This document shows positions 1 to 9,253 of a DNA stretch of 50,753 nucleotides, in pieces. The stretch spans positions 1 to 50,753 of the forward strand of contig JAJZJK010000001.1 in assembly GCA_021851145.1 (NCBI GenBank), written 5' to 3'. This DNA is from Nanobdellota archaeon. Its GTDB lineage: Archaea; Nanobdellota; Nanobdellia; Parvarchaeales; Parvarchaeaceae. The notes below the pieces were generated by a model that saw only the letters and a list, made by a program, of their open reading frames with translations, made no database searches and was not told the origin of the DNA. Within the stretch, counting starts at the first letter, position 1. Each line of letters begins with the position of its first letter. Both the position numbers and the translations under genes were made by a program.

Positions 1-68
1 ACATAAAAAGAACAGTTTTGTATTACGTAAATATTATCTAATTGACTTAATTATTAACTCATTTGTGG

Positions 69-1787
69 TTATTCTGCGAAATAAACATTTGAAGCCTTTT
101 GCTCCAAATCCAGTCTGCTTCCTTTCTGATTAATTCTTGGCCTTCCACTGTCTTTATCCCTTCTTATAGTCACATCTATGCTTTTAAGGAAGTTATTTAT
201 TGCCTTGCCAGTGCTTTCTATCTGGTCTGTCATACCCTTAACCCCCTTTTTACCGCTGAATAATATGCTTTTTGGACATGTTGAATCAAGAAATGCAAGG
301 TCATGGTCAACTATTATAGCGCATTTCTTTCTTGATGAAATAAAGGAGGATATTATGTTCATACATTCTAACCTGTCTTCTATATCTAAATTTGCAGAAG
401 GTTCATCTATAAGGTAGATATCAGCGGGTTTAATCAGCGTTGTAACTATAGCCAGTTTTTGTAATTCACCGCCCGAAAGTGTATTTACGTTTTTTGTCAT
501 TATCTTATTTATCCCTAATTTGTTTATAGCAGATAAAATGCCCATATCGCTTTCATACTGAGGATTTGTGTTTAATAATGCATCTTTTACAATCATGTCA
601 AAAGGTTTTAAAAATTGTGGTTTATACGAAATTTTTATACCTAGGTCTAATTTGCCAATATTTGTTTCAATAACTCCTGCAAGCGCCTTTATAAAAGTGC
701 TTTTACCGATTCCATTTTCGCCTATAATCCCTATAATATCCCCCCGATAAAGTTGCCCTCCTTTGGTATCTAAACTAAAGTTATCAAGCTTAACGATAAA
801 TTCCGGCCATGAAATAAACTGTTCATTTGTAACAGGAGGTAAAGTCTTCTTAATTTTTATGCTATAATCCCTAAACCTTACATTTTCAGTCTGAAGGTAC
901 CCATCTAAATAGGTATTTATGCCGTTTCTGGACGGCATAATATGAGAAGCTATACCATAGTTTGATTCTGATCCATATAAAACTTGTATGTACTCTGTAA
1001 GATAGTCCAGCATTACTAAATCATGTTCTACTACCACAACGGTCTTATTCTCAAGGGCTTCCTTGATTTTTGTAGCGACATTTATTCTAGCATTTATGTC
1101 TAAGTAGTTCATAGGTTCATCAAATATGTAGACATCTGCTTTCTCATCCAATGTTTTTGCTATTTCAACTATCTGAGACTCTCCTCCGGATAACGTTTCA
1201 GCATCTCTATCCAAAATGTCTTCGGATACTAAATTAAAGCGGTTAGTTTTCACGAGATCCTTTACCTTTCCTGACTGGTAAAAGGACTGGTTTTTCTTCG
1301 CTATTCTTAGGTTATTACTGTAAAGTTTTGTAAGGTAAGGTTGGATATCCTTCCCTCTGAATGCTTTTATTACCTCTTCATATGAAGGTTCTTTTTTAAA
1401 ATCACCAAAATTTGGAATAAGCTCATTTGAGATAAGTTTTATATTTGTGGTTTTTCCAATACCATTCCGGCCTATCAAACCAACCACTTTGTTTTCTATA
1501 GGGGTTGCTATATTGAAAGTTCTAAAAGTGTTTATCCCATACTGGAATGTTATATCCTTCGCCATCTCATCTGGCAAATTTATTATTCTTATCGCATCAA
1601 AAGGGCATCTCTTTACACATATACCGCAGGATATACAAAGGCTTTCAGTTATTGCAGCCTTTCCATTCTCTCTGGCGTATACAGTTTCCTTTGCGCCTTG
1701 CCTAACTCTTGGGCAAACCTCTGCACAAATGTAATTACAGTTATCTGGCGCTTCACATTCTGTTTCTTTTATTACAGCAACTCTCAT
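69..1787 (-). CDS. abce1: ABCE1 / RNase L inhibitor-type ribosome-recycling ATPase (2x[4Fe-4S] domain + twin ABC cassettes)
   Basis: N-terminal ferredoxin-type Cys motifs (CNYICAEVCP; CISCGICVKRCP). Two ABC cassettes follow (Walker A GRNGIGKTT and GENGIGKST; signatures LSGGESQ and LSGGELQ). Start trimmed from the ORF-track 1913 to Met43 (MRVAVIKE, ATG at 1787), because the longer form overlaps the divergent gene at 1886. Confidence 0.9.
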   Translation of the reverse strand: MRVAVIKETECEAPDNCNYICAEVCPRVRQGAKETVYARENGKAAITESLCISCGICVKRCPFDAIRIINLPDEMAKDITFQYGINTFRTFNIATPIENKVVGLIGRNGIGKTTNIKLISNELIPNFGDFKKEPSYEEVIKAFRGKDIQPYLTKLYSNNLRIAKKNQSFYQSGKVKDLVKTNRFNLVSEDILDRDAETLSGGESQIVEIAKTLDEKADVYIFDEPMNYLDINARINVATKIKEALENKTVVVVEHDLVMLDYLTEYIQVLYGSESNYGIASHIMPSRNGINTYLDGYLQTENVRFRDYSIKIKKTLPPVTNEQFISWPEFIVKLDNFSLDTKGGQLYRGDIIGIIGENGIGKSTFIKALAGVIETNIGKLDLGIKISYKPQFLKPFDMIVKDALLNTNPQYESDMGILSAINKLGINKIMTKNVNTLSGGELQKLAIVTTLIKPADIYLIDEPSANLDIEDRLECMNIISSFISSRKKCAIIVDHDLAFLDSTCPKSILFSGKKGVKGMTDQIESTGKAINNFLKSIDVTIRRDKDSGRPRINQKGSRLDLEQKASNVYFAE

Positions 1788-1885
1788 TTTCTTGACATCA
1801 TATCCGTATAAATAAATACCTTTATGCCTTAATATATTTATAAACGAGTTGAAAACTTTTATATTTATGCTGCTATTAACAATTA

Positions 1886-2359
1886 ATGGAAAACAGCGAT
1901 CCGGAATGTTCAATTGAAGAACATGAAAATATTCTTAAGATACCAAAAGATAAGCATACTGATGATGAAATAAAAGAGATACTTTCAAACTACAAAAAAG
2001 TAGCAGTTGTTGGCATGTCAAGAGAAGAAGGGAAGGAAAGTCATGAAATCCCAGAATATTTAATAAACAAAGGATATGATGTAACTCCTGTAAATCCAAA
2101 TGCTGATTCAATATTAAATAAAAAGTCTTATCCCTCTATTGAAGAGGTTCCTGGAACAGTTGAGATAGTGGATATATTTAGACCCTCAGATAAAGTTTTG
2201 CCGGTTGTTAAAGCAGCAATAAGCAAAAATCCTAAAGTGATATGGATGCAAGAAGGGATATCAAACGAAGAAGCAAGAAAACTTGCAGAAAGCAAAGGTA
2301 TAACAGTAATATTTAACCGGTGCATGATGAAAGAACATGTTAGATTGTTTGGGGATTAA
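1886..2359 (+). CDS. CoA-binding domain protein (YccU/YneT-like)
   Basis: 157-aa ORF with KKVAVVGMSREEGKESH...VTPVNP...VDIFRP...VIWMQEG pattern typical of the CoA_binding_2 fold. Divergent from abce1. Confidence 0.75.
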   Translation: MENSDPECSIEEHENILKIPKDKHTDDEIKEILSNYKKVAVVGMSREEGKESHEIPEYLINKGYDVTPVNPNADSILNKKSYPSIEEVPGTVEIVDIFRPSDKVLPVVKAAISKNPKVIWMQEGISNEEARKLAESKGITVIFNRCMMKEHVRLFGD

Positions 2360-2407
2360 CAGGAATATTTATATATAATAATTATTACTCTGTAACTGTT
2401 AAAATTT

Positions 2408-2815
2408 ATGGTAACTGCAGTTTGTGAATGCTACAAGTGTAATTACAGGTTTAATTATGAATATATCCCCGGGGTTTCCTACCATTCAATAAGGCTTGGG
2501 AACAAAAGAATATTTAGATGCCCAAAGTGCAGAACACTGCAAAAGTTTGATTTGACGAATAAAGGCCCTGATAAATCATTAAAAACATATGGCGACAGCT
2601 CGGAACTAGGGATTGGAGCAAAGATCTGGGTTACTATGCTTTTGCCTACCTTTATACTTGTATTTGCAGGGGCCGTTTCTTTCTTTACTTTCATACAACC
2701 TTTGTATCTTCATTTCGTTTTGATTGCAATTGCTGTTGTATGGGTATTCGGATACCTTACATATCTTATAATAGCAGTAGGCCCAAAAACGGCAAAGGCG
2801 GGTCAGAGGAGGTAA
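2408..2815 (+). CDS. Membrane protein with N-terminal zinc-ribbon (CxxC...CxxC)
   Basis: CECYKC...CPKC four-Cys ribbon followed by two hydrophobic helices. No family recognised. Confidence 0.5.
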   Translation: MVTAVCECYKCNYRFNYEYIPGVSYHSIRLGNKRIFRCPKCRTLQKFDLTNKGPDKSLKTYGDSSELGIGAKIWVTMLLPTFILVFAGAVSFFTFIQPLYLHFVLIAIAVVWVFGYLTYLIIAVGPKTAKAGQRR

Positions 2816-2818
2816 GCC

Positions 2819-3367
2819 ATGGTATACAGCTTTGTAATTTCAGAGGGTAACTTCAATTTTATACTTCTCTTACCTGTAATAATAGGAATAATTGTTATCT
2901 TCCTAGGGGTTTTTGCCAAGAAAAAGAATGAAAACACAAAAGGAATAAAAAATACTGTTTATATTACAATAGGAGTAGGTGCAGTTATTATTATTGTAGG
3001 GGTAGTTCTGTTTTTGCTGTTAATAGAACCTTATACTGTCAAAATAGGAAATGGTTACATATCTGTGGTGGGTTCTAGCATTGATGGCGGGAGCATAAAT
3101 GTAACCTCCAATGAAATCGAATCCGCATATCTCGGCAATATAGCAACAGGTAATCTTACTCTATCTTTAAGAACTGATGGCACAAGCATTGGAAACATAA
3201 ATGCAGGCAGTTTTTTACTTAGTAATAATGCGAAAGCATATGTTGCATCAGAAAACGGTACTGATGTCATAATAAAGCTAAAGGATGGTAGTTATCTAAT
3301 TGTAGGAAATAACAATACGGATGCTTTAGCGGCAATAATTTCAAAATATGTTTACAATGTAAGCTGA
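2819..3367 (+). CDS. Membrane-anchored protein, possible bacterial-PH-like C-terminal domain
   Basis: Two N-terminal TM helices, then a beta-rich soluble domain. Starts 3 nt after the previous stop. Function unknown. Confidence 0.5.
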   Translation: MVYSFVISEGNFNFILLLPVIIGIIVIFLGVFAKKKNENTKGIKNTVYITIGVGAVIIIVGVVLFLLLIEPYTVKIGNGYISVVGSSIDGGSINVTSNEIESAYLGNIATGNLTLSLRTDGTSIGNINAGSFLLSNNAKAYVASENGTDVIIKLKDGSYLIVGNNNTDALAAIISKYVYNVS

Positions 3368-3420
3368 TTTGTAAAAAAGCAACAAAAAAGCATTTATCTT
3401 ATAACCATCCATACTAATCT

Positions 3421-5151
3421 ATGACAGACTACGTGTTAAACAGCAAGTTTAACGACCCTTTTAACAAGGTTAAATTTGGAGTTTCTATAGGTGAGAGAAA
3501 CCAACTAGAAGAGTTCTCTAAAGTTCTTAGAAGCGGTGCTAGGATGGTTGAGGTTGATATCGCAAGTGTTTACGGGTTAGGTGGAGAACAAGGGAATGCT
3601 GCAGATACTATAGGTAAAACGGAAAGAGAGGCAATAGCCAATCTTGCAAAGACAAATGATGTTGATTTAAGCGTGCATGCCCCATGGGCCCTGAATTTTT
3701 CAGGGATTAACCCCCAATCTGGAAAGAAAGAAGAAGGATATGAGCACTTAGTTGAGAGAGAAATAGGTACTGCTTTGCAGTTTGCTGATGATATAAGTAA
3801 AAAGATGGGCAGGAGTAACATGCCTGTAATATTTCATGCCTCCTCAGACAATTTCTCTGATCCAGACAAAAGCCTAGTTTATACTATCTATGATCAAAAA
3901 GAGGATAAAATCCTGCAGACACAGAGCCAGGAAATTGATTTGGGGATAGATAAGGATAGCATGAATGGTTCTGGAGACATAAAATCAGTTGCTGAACAAA
4001 AATTCAAATCGATATATGGTGAAGAGCTTTACAAAAAACTGTTAGCAGGAGACAGAAATAATAAAAGGCTGGGTTATATATCAGATGAAGGTAAGGTTGT
4101 ATTAAACCCTGAAGGGTCTTTTGAATTCTTAAAAGAAAAGAATATGCAGCAATTTAATCAGGAAAGAGCAAATTTAAACCTTAGTTTAAGAAACCTTGAA
4201 TATCAGAAAGTTGATTATATGTCTAGATTAAGCGCCGCAAAAGCAAGATCAGACAAATTAGAATTGGAGAATACACAGAGGGAACTTGGAAATATAGAGA
4301 AAATGATTAAGACCTTAAATGAAAAATACGCAGAGCTTGATATAGACGAGAAAAATATTAACAGCAGGTTTGTTCCTTATGATGAAAAAGCTCCAGAAAT
4401 TGCAGCCAAAGGAATAGTAAAAGCTGCCATGTTCTCATATAACAATACAGAATCAAAGCCCATGATACTTGTTGAAAATCCTATGTCACCAGAAATGTCG
4501 TTAAGTAATCCTAAAGATACTGCTGCAGCTGTAAGGATAGCTAGGGAGGAGTTTACAAAGGAACTTCAAGAAAAAAAGCATTTGTCACTTAGAGAAGCGG
4601 AGCGCATAAGCAGCAACTTAATCGGTATAAATCTAGATATAGGACACATAAACGTCTTTAAATCATACATAAACCCTCAGACAGGGCAGCCTTATTCAGA
4701 TAGAGACATAGTAGAGATGGCAAAGTCGGCAGGAGATTATTTAAAAAGGTACCACTTAAATGATAATATGGGTAACAGAGACAGTCATCTTCCTTTGGGA
4801 CAGGGTAACGCGCCAATAAAAGAGGTTTATGATGCTATGATGGACAAGGGCCTGGATGTTCCTGCAATAATGGAGGTTTTTGGAGGTTTAGGAGGACTTG
4901 AAAGCGGAACTGTTCAATCATTGCAGTATATGGGTGCCCCATTATACGGTAATCTGCCCTATGTATCAATGCCAGCTTACTTCGCCCAGCCTTACTCTTC
5001 CATAATAGGAGATTTCTCGTCATATACTGATATTGGGGCAAAGGATGATTTCTTTTCTTATAGTGGATTCGGCGAGTTATTCCCAGTTATAGGCGGGGGT
5101 TATATGAATGATAGAGGGAATTCGAGATTTCCTGGAGCACAAATGATATGA
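3421..5151 (+). CDS. Xylose-isomerase-like / AP-endonuclease-2 TIM-barrel protein with a large central coiled-coil insertion
   Basis: N-terminal barrel motifs (VEVDIA..., LSVHAPW, VIFHAS). C-terminal barrel motifs (ILVENP, INLDIGHINV, YHLNDNMGNRDSHLPLGQGNAPI). They are separated by about 200 aa rich in heptad-like K/E/L sequence. Aromatic-rich C-terminal tail. Confidence 0.65.
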   Translation: MTDYVLNSKFNDPFNKVKFGVSIGERNQLEEFSKVLRSGARMVEVDIASVYGLGGEQGNAADTIGKTEREAIANLAKTNDVDLSVHAPWALNFSGINPQSGKKEEGYEHLVEREIGTALQFADDISKKMGRSNMPVIFHASSDNFSDPDKSLVYTIYDQKEDKILQTQSQEIDLGIDKDSMNGSGDIKSVAEQKFKSIYGEELYKKLLAGDRNNKRLGYISDEGKVVLNPEGSFEFLKEKNMQQFNQERANLNLSLRNLEYQKVDYMSRLSAAKARSDKLELENTQRELGNIEKMIKTLNEKYAELDIDEKNINSRFVPYDEKAPEIAAKGIVKAAMFSYNNTESKPMILVENPMSPEMSLSNPKDTAAAVRIAREEFTKELQEKKHLSLREAERISSNLIGINLDIGHINVFKSYINPQTGQPYSDRDIVEMAKSAGDYLKRYHLNDNMGNRDSHLPLGQGNAPIKEVYDAMMDKGLDVPAIMEVFGGLGGLESGTVQSLQYMGAPLYGNLPYVSMPAYFAQPYSSIIGDFSSYTDIGAKDDFFSYSGFGELFPVIGGGYMNDRGNSRFPGAQMI

Positions 5152-5933
5152 TGGAAGAGAATAATGAAAAAGGACATTTGGAGTTAAGGGGTTACGATGC
5201 AGCATATAAATTTGCAAAAGAAATATTCGAAAAATACCCGAAAGTAATGAAAACAATTGTTTTGTTCGGGTCTTACAGTAAAGGCAAGGAAACTGAGGAC
5301 AGCGATGTAGATATAATGATTGTAATGGATGATGTTTTGAATAAACTTGATGAAAATGTGCAATCTCTCATATTCTCAGACGTTGACAAATTAGTGAAAG
5401 AAAGCCAAGTAAAATTGCACATGAATTTCGTAACTTTAACTGCCTTTTGGCGTGGAGTAATCGCTGCAGATCCAGTTTCTATAAACGTTCTTAAATATGG
5501 CGTTCCACTGATAGATACTGGCTATTTTGAACCATTACAGGCACTCCTCAATATGGGGGAGATAAAACCGACGGAGGAATCTATTTACGCCTCATTAACA
5601 AGAAGCGAGTTATATTCAAATTCTGCGAGACTTAAACTTGCTTCTGTAATAACCGACATGTATTGGGCCGTTGTAAATTCTGCGCAATCGGCTATAATGC
5701 GGCAAGGGGATGTGCCTCCCTCACCAGAAGTAATCCCAGAAATGCTTTTGAAACTTGAAGGGAGGGGGCTTATAAAAAAGAAGCAGATAGACGATTTTAA
5801 TGAGATATTTACGCTAGGAAAAAGGCTATTTCACGGCGAAAAATTGGACATAACCGGGGAAAAAGCACAAGATATACTTTCGAAAGGATTAGACTTCAAC
5901 TCTAAGATGGCAGACCTTGCAAAGTCTAAATAA
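5148..5933 (+). CDS. Nucleotidyltransferase (MNT/Pol-beta superfamily) domain protein with helical C-terminal domain
   Basis: VLFGSYSKGKETEDSDVDIMIVMDD = G[SG]-x9-13-DxD NTase signature. The ATGA start/stop overlaps the upstream gene. Confidence 0.7.
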   Translation: MMEENNEKGHLELRGYDAAYKFAKEIFEKYPKVMKTIVLFGSYSKGKETEDSDVDIMIVMDDVLNKLDENVQSLIFSDVDKLVKESQVKLHMNFVTLTAFWRGVIAADPVSINVLKYGVPLIDTGYFEPLQALLNMGEIKPTEESIYASLTRSELYSNSARLKLASVITDMYWAVVNSAQSAIMRQGDVPPSPEVIPEMLLKLEGRGLIKKKQIDDFNEIFTLGKRLFHGEKLDITGEKAQDILSKGLDFNSKMADLAKSK

Positions 5934-6477
5934 ATATATTTATTAGTATCCCTAATAAAGCGCTTATAGCTGCTATAAGCAGGCCAATACCTGCGGTTTT
6001 TAGCCCTTCTTTTATCTTTTTGAATTTTTCTTCTTGGGAATAACTTCCTATAATTGCTAGCACAAATAAGCTTAACAGCAGTGAAATAATGCTTGTCGTA
6101 ATATCCTCCTTTGCGTTTATTGCGTAATAAAGTAGGTAAGGGAAAAGCACTATAGCGCTGCCTATTAATGTCGATACAAAGCTAACCTCTGCATAGGTAA
6201 TGTTTTTAGCTTTTTTGAGTTTTGTCATCTTTTTAGGGTTATACTCCTTTGCAAACAGTACTTGTTTATACTCCTTTAACTGTTGCCCTAACATAAAATT
6301 CTCAGCGTTATATGTTGAAAAGAAATTAGATAAAGAACCGCTTATTCCTACTAAGAGAATTGATGTAAAAGTTAATTGATAGCTATGGAATATGGAAATT
6401 CCTAAAGATATACCTAAACCCAGAAAAAGACCGTCGCTTAAACCTAATATTGCGTATCTACTTTTTGCTCTTTCCAT
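5926..6477 (-). CDS. Integral membrane protein, VIT1/CCC1-like (COG1814-like) candidate
   Basis: N-terminal ILGLSDGLFLGLG motif resembling the VIT family, and about 5 TM helices. Overlaps the upstream DUF211-like gene by 20 nt. Confidence 0.5.
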   Translation of the reverse strand: MERAKSRYAILGLSDGLFLGLGISLGISIFHSYQLTFTSILLVGISGSLSNFFSTYNAENFMLGQQLKEYKQVLFAKEYNPKKMTKLKKAKNITYAEVSFVSTLIGSAIVLFPYLLYYAINAKEDITTSIISLLLSLFVLAIIGSYSQEEKFKKIKEGLKTAGIGLLIAAISALLGILINIFI

Positions 6478-6730
6478 TAGAACTTACTGTGGCTTCATCT
6501 AAACTGTTTATAACTGTACCTCTATCTTTTAAGGCCTTTTGTATGCCGTCAAAGTTTATTTTTGAGCCCTCAATAACCACCTTTAATCCTTCAGTATGTA
6601 TGTCTACTTCTACTACTTTTATGAAAACATCCCCATTTTTTACGTATTTTGAGATATCATTAGCAAGGTCTATTATAGTATATTCTCCTATTGGCTTTAC
6701 TGCGTCTATAACAAGTCTACTTAAATACAT
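6458..6730 (-). CDS. DUF211 / COG1888-family small archaeal protein
   Basis: 90 aa. LSRLVIDAVKP...IDLANDISK...VVEVDIHTEGLKVVIEGSKINFDGIQKAL...GTVINSLDE matches my memory of the DUF211 pattern. The mirror ORF on + (6450-6734) is rejected. Confidence 0.7.
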   Translation of the reverse strand: MYLSRLVIDAVKPIGEYTIIDLANDISKYVKNGDVFIKVVEVDIHTEGLKVVIEGSKINFDGIQKALKDRGTVINSLDEATVSSNGKSKK

Positions 6731-6851
6731 ATGACTTTATTTTATGGATATTTGTATTAATAAATCTTTAATTTTGGTCATAAGTATTGTTTTTTTCCAA
6801 TTTTCTCAATAAAAGTAAATATTTAAATAGTATCAATTTTAGTATGTAAAT

Positions 6852-7223
6852 ATGATTTCAAATAGAAAAGCACAGGGTTTACCTATTAATACAATAATAC
6901 TTATCGCAGTAGGTTTGCTTATACTGGTTCTTTTGATTACTTTTGTATTAGGAGGGTTCAAGGGCTTAGGTGCAGCATCTCCTTCAAGCTCTACTTTATC
7001 AGCATTTTCTTCTACATGTTCAACTTATTCTACTGTAACTCCAGCAAGCCTCGGTTTTCAGGAGTGGTGTTCTCAGGTAGTGGCTAATCCTTCAGGTTCA
7101 GGTACTTATCATTGTTACTCTGATTTAGCAGACGCTCCCGGAACTAATTCTACTACTATATCTTTGTCGAATGGAACTACTATGGGTTATAGTAACTGCG
7201 TTGCCGCTGGCTACGTTTCTTAA
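6852..7223 (+). CDS. Archaeal type IV pilin-like protein (class III signal peptide)
   Basis: MISNRKAQG|LPINTIILIAVGLLILVLLITFVL: a short basic N-terminus, a small residue, then a hydrophobic helix. Ser/Thr-rich mature part with 4 Cys. Confidence 0.6.
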   Translation: MISNRKAQGLPINTIILIAVGLLILVLLITFVLGGFKGLGAASPSSSTLSAFSSTCSTYSTVTPASLGFQEWCSQVVANPSGSGTYHCYSDLADAPGTNSTTISLSNGTTMGYSNCVAAGYVS

Positions 7224-7265
7224 GTCTAAACAAAGCTTTTTATTTACTTAGTTTGTTTTTAGTAA

Positions 7266-7901
7266 ATGAAGAAAAGATCTATTGTAACAAATGTGCTGAT
7301 GGCTGTTCTTTTGATAGTAATCCTAGCAGCAATATTGTATGCATTTAAAATGCATGTCGTACTTTTCAATTCCTGCTATTTTTCAAATGAGACTTTGGCA
7401 GTAAACAGTTCCGGTCCATTCTGTCTGCCTAACCAAGGTATCAATATAATAATAAACAGGTCAATTTTGTCTTATTACCCAAATTCTACTCTGGCCATAC
7501 ATAATCAAAATGTATCTGCGTTGCCTTTCTCTTTCTTGGATGGCGATCCTCTAATAACTGTTTGGAATGAGCCTACTTCCTTATCTTTCAATTCGTATTC
7601 TTTTTTAACAATCCCAGATACTTTTAAGGTGCATATGGTTTATAATGCATCAGCAACCACCTACTTTATAGTTATGACTAATGAGCAATACGTTAATTGG
7701 GTAAACACTAAGGACTTGCAGGGAAATTACGTAGCTATGCAAACTGGAAAAAATATCTCATTTTGGTTTAATCAAAGCACAGGCTGTGCGGGATATGTTG
7801 CAGTAATCGAATCAGTTTCTGGCGGCCCTTTATCTATTTCTCCGGATGAAAAAATACTTTATGATCCTGCAAGTTCACCTACAGGAGCATGCGCAGGTTA
7901 A
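7266..7901 (+). CDS. Membrane-anchored secreted protein, many N-glycosylation sequons
   Basis: N-terminal anchor MKKRSIVTNVLMAVLLIVILAAILYAF. At least 8 N-x-S/T sequons (NET, NSS, NRS, NST, NVS, NAS, NIS, NQS). No family recognised. Confidence 0.5.
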   Translation: MKKRSIVTNVLMAVLLIVILAAILYAFKMHVVLFNSCYFSNETLAVNSSGPFCLPNQGINIIINRSILSYYPNSTLAIHNQNVSALPFSFLDGDPLITVWNEPTSLSFNSYSFLTIPDTFKVHMVYNASATTYFIVMTNEQYVNWVNTKDLQGNYVAMQTGKNISFWFNQSTGCAGYVAVIESVSGGPLSISPDEKILYDPASSPTGACAG

Positions 7902-7939
7902 AATGTCAATTTTAAATTCTTTAAGATGTATTATATAAC

Positions 7940-8551
7940 ATGGAAATTGATATTTTTGATGCAGTAAACGAATTAAAGAGCTTTTATGATGAGAATGCAC
8001 CTCTTTCAAAGATAAGCGGCTTAATAGCCTATAAAAAGGCACTTATAACCTTAGAATACAAAGAAGGAGTAATCAAACTCAAGGCACAGCACCCTTTAAA
8101 CATAAAAATTTACAAAATATACAATATTCTGATGAGGCTTTTCCTTGTAAAATCAGTGAAGCTCACTGTCGATTTTATGGAAAGCAATCAACAGAAATCT
8201 GTTTCAAAGCAGTTTGGGCCTGATGAAAATATAGACCCCATAATTGAAGATTTAAAAGGCTTACCACATGATAGTATAACGGATATAATAATAGACACAG
8301 ATTACTTTAAACTAGTTGAAACACAAGATATGAGTGATAACGTATCTATAATGCTTAAAAAGAACGGTAAAAAAGAGCTTTTTAAGAGCCTATCAAATTA
8401 TTTGTTCCCATTCATGAATATGCCCGCAAACGAATCTTTAACCGAAGAGATAAACTTTTCAAAACAGGATGACCAGTTAACTGTCGATGTATTGATGAAA
8501 ATTGACGGTTCACCTATGGGTATAAAATCTAAAAAAGTGAGGTTAGTATAA
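7940..8551 (+). CDS. Hypothetical protein (first gene of the KaiC-like/GTPase operon)
   Basis: 203-aa ORF. Its stop abuts the next start (8551/8552). No motif recognised. Confidence 0.5.
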   Translation: MEIDIFDAVNELKSFYDENAPLSKISGLIAYKKALITLEYKEGVIKLKAQHPLNIKIYKIYNILMRLFLVKSVKLTVDFMESNQQKSVSKQFGPDENIDPIIEDLKGLPHDSITDIIIDTDYFKLVETQDMSDNVSIMLKKNGKKELFKSLSNYLFPFMNMPANESLTEEINFSKQDDQLTVDVLMKIDGSPMGIKSKKVRLV

Positions 8552-9220
8552 ATGGAAGCAATACAAACAGGATTTAAATCATTTGATGGACTTACAGGGG
8601 GTTTAGATTACAGGAAAGTTTATTCATTATTTGGGGATAAAGAATCTGGCAAGGAGCAGTTCATATATAAACTTGTTCAATCAGCCCTTTCAGCTAAAAT
8701 TGCGATTGTTTATACTTTAACTTCAAAATCCTATTCTGATTTAATAAGTGAATTTAATTCAAGAGGCATAAACATAAATCCCTATTTAGGCAATAGCTTT
8801 AAAATACTAGATGATTTTAGTAGAACTAATTCTCCAAGTGCTACCGATAACTCCTATGCGAAGATACTTAACGGCCCACTAGATTTGACAGGGTTGTCAG
8901 TTTCATTGTCTACTGTTAATGGCGATTTTATAAAAGATGCAAAACCGGTTATAAACATATTTGATAATCTATCAAATCTTCTTATGTATAACAATCCAGT
9001 GACTGTTTATAGATTCCTACAATTTATATGCGGTAAAGCAAAATTAGCAGGGATAACTACATTGTTTTCGGTGGATACTGCGATGCATACTCCAGATATT
9101 ATAGAGACTATAAAAAATCTTTCAGATGCTGTAATAGACTTAAAGCTTGATAATGGTAAGAGATATTTTAAGATATCAGGAGTAAGTAAGGAGGTACTTG
9201 AATTCAAAGAGCTTGAATGA
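8552..9220 (+). CDS. KaiC/RecA-superfamily ATPase-like protein with degenerate Walker A
   Basis: FKSFDGLTGGL...LFGDKESGKEQF (G-x4-GK kept, Ser/Thr replaced by Glu). Walker-B-like VINIFDNLSNLL. Size and layout of single-domain KaiC-like proteins. Confidence 0.65.
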   Translation: MEAIQTGFKSFDGLTGGLDYRKVYSLFGDKESGKEQFIYKLVQSALSAKIAIVYTLTSKSYSDLISEFNSRGININPYLGNSFKILDDFSRTNSPSATDNSYAKILNGPLDLTGLSVSLSTVNGDFIKDAKPVINIFDNLSNLLMYNNPVTVYRFLQFICGKAKLAGITTLFSVDTAMHTPDIIETIKNLSDAVIDLKLDNGKRYFKISGVSKEVLEFKELE

Positions 9221-9253
9221 TATATTTAAAAGTAATTATTTCTATATTGTTAT

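Noticed and set aside
1788-1913. 42-codon N-terminal extension of the ABCE1 ORF in the ORF track
   Set aside because: The extension precedes the conserved Fe-S domain start (MRVAVIKE...) and is compositionally odd. It also overlaps the divergent CoA-binding gene start at 1886. An internal ATG at 1787 gives a canonical ABCE1 N-terminus.
6450-6734. 94-aa + strand ORF mirroring the DUF211-like gene
   Set aside because: The minus-strand frame gives a recognisable DUF211 pattern and overlaps sensibly with the downstream gene. The + frame is hydrophobic and low-complexity.
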